The position numbers and the translations under genes were made by a program. Positions 23,221 to 26,910 of a stretch of 26,910 nucleotides of DNA are shown here, piece after piece. The notes beneath the pieces are model-generated. The model was not told the DNA's origin and did not search any database. It was given only the letters and a program-made list of their open reading frames with translations. The stretch's first letter is position 1, and the number at the start of each line of letters is the position of its first letter. The stretch comes from a virus. Lineage: Duplodnaviria; Caudoviricetes. Where the stretch lies: the IMG/VR virus record IMGVR_UViG_3300017909_001805, positions 1-26,910 of that record, one strand, 5' to 3'.

Positions 23221-24737
23221 AACGTTTTACCTATTAATGCTAATACGTTCATTTCCTGTAGGGATATGGCATTACCGTTTACTTCTGTTTGCAAACCTAC
23301 CGTAATCACACTGCCATTACCCGTACAATTTAAAGACTTGCGGCTAATCAAGTCACCTAGCGTAAACTCAACCGCCGTATATTCTGACTCGCCATAAAAT
23401 CCTGGCGTCGATGTACCCACCCTGAATCGTGACGTATTAGCCTGAACTGAGAAGTCATACGTCCAACTCAGGATAATATCTGCGTCATTACCACCAATGA
23501 TTGTGGGCCGTATCTTTTTGAGAATCTTGATCTTTGACGGATCGCCAAAGGTTAGGCCGGGGCTGGTGTAGCGGAAGATATATGACGAGTTGTTGTCATC
23601 AAAGCCGTCATAAGTGCCAATGCCATCAACCGTGCCAATATAAATGTCACCATTACGGTCTCTAGCAAAGCTCTTAAAGTTGACACTAGGCCACTTGGTT
23701 ACGCGGAATGAGCCGTTTTCTAGCCTACCTCTAAGATCAAAGCAGTAAATAAGGTTGCTATCGGGCAAGCCTAATAGATAGAAGTAGTTTTCAGGACTGT
23801 AGACGCTGGTAGCTGGGCTGGTTTTGGCCGCCAAGAACCCAATCAACTCCTGCTTAACATTCCGGCTTAGGTCAGATACCGGCAGTGATTTCTCTTGGAT
23901 AACCCGACCAAGGCTTCTCAAGCCGTCATCGCTTAGAAACAATAAGTCAGTGCCAATGCTTTGCACCGTCTTACGGTCGATACAACCTACACCGCTAATA
24001 GTGTCTGCAATAGACATAGACGCAGGGGTGTCTGCGTTTTGATACACCAAAATGCTGTGTTCGCCAAAGATAACCAGCAGGCCGTTATGTGCGGCTAATG
24101 CCACTACCTTGTCAGCACCATCGGGCCACGCCTTAGATACGTCAATAGAGCCGCTAGACCCGCCACTAAAGTCATCACCGTCTAACAAATCAGACCAATA
24201 AATAGTGGTGTCGTTAGTAGTTGTACCAACCACCCACAGCCGACCAAATCCAGCAATTACTTCATGGCAATACTGGTTAGACGTAACTGATGACCCCGAT
24301 ACAGCGGTCATCTTGGTCACTGCGCCAAGGCTGTTGCTATAAACCAAAGGTTCGTAGCCGCGCTGGAAAAAATACGCATGATCGTTAAAGTTTACGATCT
24401 TCCAATCATTCGCAGTAATCGTGTAAGAGCCGGGCGTGGCATCTACCAGCGTAGTAGTGCCGGTCATAATCTTGTTATTGCCAGTACTAAAGATAACCTC
24501 GTTGCCAGCACTGTCGTAAAACTCGTGGATATTGTGGATGTAGTCAGTACCCAACACCGTCTTAGTAGTCGTAATAACGCTATTGCCCTGACGAGAGGCC
24601 AATCGGCCCTGTCGATCGATAATGGCGTTATCTGCGACTTCTGCGAATGACGTATCCTGGGCAATAGGAGAGTCTTCCGAGTTAACGCCCTTAAAGGCAG
24701 GGGCGACAAGATCAATGCTGCGTAACGGCTGTGCCAT
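23217..24737 (-). CDS. Tail tubular protein B/nozzle-like (beta-propeller)
   Basis: 506 aa, beta-rich; GRLWV, IYWSD, GVGC and LLFLSDDGLRSL repeats typical of podovirus nozzle or stabilisation proteins. Confidence 0.8.
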   Translation of the reverse strand: MAQPLRSIDLVAPAFKGVNSEDSPIAQDTSFAEVADNAIIDRQGRLASRQGNSVITTTKTVLGTDYIHNIHEFYDSAGNEVIFSTGNNKIMTGTTTLVDATPGSYTITANDWKIVNFNDHAYFFQRGYEPLVYSNSLGAVTKMTAVSGSSVTSNQYCHEVIAGFGRLWVVGTTTNDTTIYWSDLLDGDDFSGGSSGSIDVSKAWPDGADKVVALAAHNGLLVIFGEHSILVYQNADTPASMSIADTISGVGCIDRKTVQSIGTDLLFLSDDGLRSLGRVIQEKSLPVSDLSRNVKQELIGFLAAKTSPATSVYSPENYFYLLGLPDSNLIYCFDLRGRLENGSFRVTKWPSVNFKSFARDRNGDIYIGTVDGIGTYDGFDDNNSSYIFRYTSPGLTFGDPSKIKILKKIRPTIIGGNDADIILSWTYDFSVQANTSRFRVGTSTPGFYGESEYTAVEFTLGDLISRKSLNCTGNGSVITVGLQTEVNGNAISLQEMNVLALIGKTL

Positions 24738-24745
24738 AACCTATC

Positions 24746-25393
24746 CTACGGTGTGTAGAAGATTGTCTCTTCTGGATGTTTCTGGGCATCCAAAGCAATC
24801 GCATCAGACAAATGCTTATCAGCAATCGCAAAGTATTCAGCAGTAGACGTACCGCCTGTCTCACCTCTTTCCCTTGATAACAAGGCTATTGCCATGTGCA
24901 AAACAGGGCCACTGGGTATTGCAAGCGTATCCGAATCTGCTGACAACGCGACATTTCGCAAAACTACGCGAACCTTTAGCGTATATGCCTGATCCGGTGT
25001 CGGATATAACTTAACCTGAGTATCACCGCTGCCATCAACACCGGCATAAGTAAAGTTCTTGGGCGAGCCTGTAACAGCCTCTTGGATAAAGTCCTTATCG
25101 TCAAACCAGTTCTGGGTCTGATACTCAACCAGGCAATTAGACGTATCGTTAATAAAGTTAAGAACCTTGCCCTCATTACGGCTGCCGGTTAAGGAATAAA
25201 GGTTGTCACCATTTGAAGTGGTAATCGTCAAAGTACTTCGTAATGGCGACCAATCCCATGCAGTTTCTACAAGGTCTTTAGCGTCATTTACATAGTCGCC
25301 CACCATCTTGCTGTAGGTGCTTTCCGATACGTTACTTACTTCGTCCTCTCTAAGACGCCGCAATACCCCGTTGACCAAGTTTAAATATGTCAT
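24746..25393 (-). CDS. Tail tubular protein A/head-tail adaptor
   Basis: MTYLNLVNGVLRRLRE N-terminus, WDW, LYPTPD motifs. Confidence 0.8.
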   Translation of the reverse strand: MTYLNLVNGVLRRLREDEVSNVSESTYSKMVGDYVNDAKDLVETAWDWSPLRSTLTITTSNGDNLYSLTGSRNEGKVLNFINDTSNCLVEYQTQNWFDDKDFIQEAVTGSPKNFTYAGVDGSGDTQVKLYPTPDQAYTLKVRVVLRNVALSADSDTLAIPSGPVLHMAIALLSRERGETGGTSTAEYFAIADKHLSDAIALDAQKHPEETIFYTP

Positions 25394-26910
25394 GCGATCT
25401 TCTCTTGATCTAATAAAAGTCTGTCAAATAAACTATTTAGCTGTTGGCCAGATGGTTTTGTGCCATAAGGTGTTGATACAGCCTTCATCAGCTGAGCAAC
25501 AGCGTCTTGTTGTGAGCCAATAATATTCGGCAACATTCCCGGCGCTTCAATACGAATAGATCGTTGTGTTAGTGGCTCAAAAGGCTGTGCAGCCATAGTT
25601 GGCAGTGTGGCTAATGCCGTCAGCATTCCGGTTCCGTCTAGGCCATCACCGTCACCATCGCCGTCACCATCGCCAGTGCCATCGCCACTACCCGCGCCTG
25701 TACCCCCACCTGTGCCGCCGCCTTGTCCACCTGTAAATACTGTTCCTACGCCACCGCCGCCACCTGTTGCACCGCCACCTGTACCACCTGCACCAACACC
25801 GCCACCTGCGCCTGTACCACCTGCACCAGTCCCTGCACCAGTCCCTGCACCTGCGCCGGCCCCACCGCCGCCATCTCCGGCTTCAGCACCAGCACCAGTC
25901 CCTGCACCTTCTGTGCCAGCTGTTGTGGTTGTAGTGGTTGGTGTAGTGGTTGTAGTCGGCGTAGACTCTGCTTGAGTAGCATCAGTCTTAGAGCTAATAG
26001 TGCCATCATTGTTTATATCAACAGGCTCAAGACCAGCACCCTCTAGGGCTTGGTTTATCTCAACCTCTGTCATATCTTCATAGTTAGGCAGATTTACCAA
26101 GATCCAGTCAACGGCTTTTACTACATCGTTTTTTTCTGTGGCAGTTCCGTCACCCTGAATAGTTGGCTCGCCGTCTGTAAGAACACCCTGCGTATAAGTG
26201 CCATCACGGAAACCGCCCTCTTGGTCAATAACCGCCCATTCTTCGTCAGATTTAACCTCACCCTCTGACCCCGGCCCTCTAATAATTTCACCAGAATAAA
26301 CAATAACCGGAACACCAAGCTCTTCAGAAATGTCACCAACTTGCTGCCATACACCATCTTTAAAGACCCAATCTCCAATTCTGGGAGAACTGTCATCTTG
26401 TGATGTAGTAGTGGCTGCTCCTGAGTCTGGCAGGGTAGTGCCAATTACAGGACTCTCACCACCAGCAGAAGAATCAACCGTTACGGTGGTTGGTTCGCCG
26501 GCTGTTACGGTTTTTGTTGGCTCAGCCGCGCCTGCATCACCACCATCAACACTTGCATCAGCGCCTGTTGCTGTGTCGCCACCGCCACCTGCTTCTTTGT
26601 TAGCGTCAACAATAGCTTGAAAATCAGGGACATTTATTACTGGGTTGCCCATTTCGTCAGTGCCACCCGTTGTATTCCAGACTATCTGACCTACTTCATT
26701 TTGCCCATAGTTGTCAGGGTTGGTAACGTAATCTTGGATAGCGCCAGCAACCGCGCCAGCTATATCGGGGTCAACAACGTCTCCAGCACCGGGGACAAGG
26801 CTGTTTAAAGCAAAAGAAAAGGCATCGCTAACAGATACGTCTTGGCCTGTAGCCACATTTAATGCTGTAGTGACAGCAGTTTTTGCTAATGTGCTACTAA
26901 TCCCTAGCGA
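25390..26910 (-). CDS. Low-complexity acidic Gly/Thr-rich virion-module protein, 5'-truncated
   Basis: The frame stays open beyond the track start (26856) to the window edge; Thr tract, (GA/GT)n and (GD)n repeats. Confidence 0.75.
   Translation of the reverse strand, partial: SLGISSTLAKTAVTTALNVATGQDVSVSDAFSFALNSLVPGAGDVVDPDIAGAVAGAIQDYVTNPDNYGQNEVGQIVWNTTGGTDEMGNPVINVPDFQAIVDANKEAGGGGDTATGADASVDGGDAGAAEPTKTVTAGEPTTVTVDSSAGGESPVIGTTLPDSGAATTTSQDDSSPRIGDWVFKDGVWQQVGDISEELGVPVIVYSGEIIRGPGSEGEVKSDEEWAVIDQEGGFRDGTYTQGVLTDGEPTIQGDGTATEKNDVVKAVDWILVNLPNYEDMTEVEINQALEGAGLEPVDINNDGTISSKTDATQAESTPTTTTTPTTTTTTAGTEGAGTGAGAEAGDGGGGAGAGAGTGAGTGAGGTGAGGGVGAGGTGGGATGGGGGVGTVFTGGQGGGTGGGTGAGSGDGTGDGDGDGDGDGLDGTGMLTALATLPTMAAQPFEPLTQRSIRIEAPGMLPNIIGSQQDAVAQLMKAVSTPYGTKPSGQQLNSLFDRLLLDQEKIA

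Noticed and set aside
19271-23397. Several long plus-strand ORFs (e.g. 19799-20263, 21447-22052, 22540-23136)
   Set aside because: Antisense to well-supported coupled late genes, without RBS or recognisable motifs.
25607-26046. Pro-rich and Cys/Thr-rich plus-strand ORFs
   Set aside because: Antisense shadows of the Gly-rich repeat on the minus strand.
1-26910. Alternative genetic code or diversity-generating retroelement
   Set aside because: Core genes translate full length in the standard code; no reverse transcriptase or template/variable repeat pair was noticed.

Overview
The window is most of a small, short-tailed (podovirus-like) dsDNA phage genome. Its gene content resembles uncultured aquatic proteobacterial phages; that host and habitat assignment is an inference. 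The late operon runs on the minus strand from about 10200 leftwards: small ORFs, terS, M15 endolysin, holin-like gene, terL, portal, collagen-containing fibre plus chaperones, six tiny Lys/Arg-rich ORFs, scaffold, and the major capsid gene truncated at base 1. It appears to resume at the right edge with a truncated Gly/Thr-rich protein, two tail tubular proteins and three ejection-like proteins ending at 18973. The middle of the window holds a divergent control region (10200-10700) and an early cluster of small, mostly acidic plus-strand ORFs that includes an Ocr-like candidate. These are followed by a leftward SSAP/SSB/DUF4224-like unit, a RepA-type AAA helicase with a 125-bp dyad (probable origin), a C5 methyltransferase with an overprinted second ORF, and ninB/ninG-like genes. 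No integrase, repressor, primase, DNA polymerase, tRNA or CRISPR array was recognised. The most notable signals are the overprinted two-frame methyltransferase, two homologous structured intergenic elements flanking an early gene, several candidate structured ncRNAs with anti-Shine-Dalgarno-like loops, an array of 15-bp palindromes next to a C/G tract, and the symmetric origin-like element. All family assignments come from reading motifs and synteny by eye; no database searches were run.
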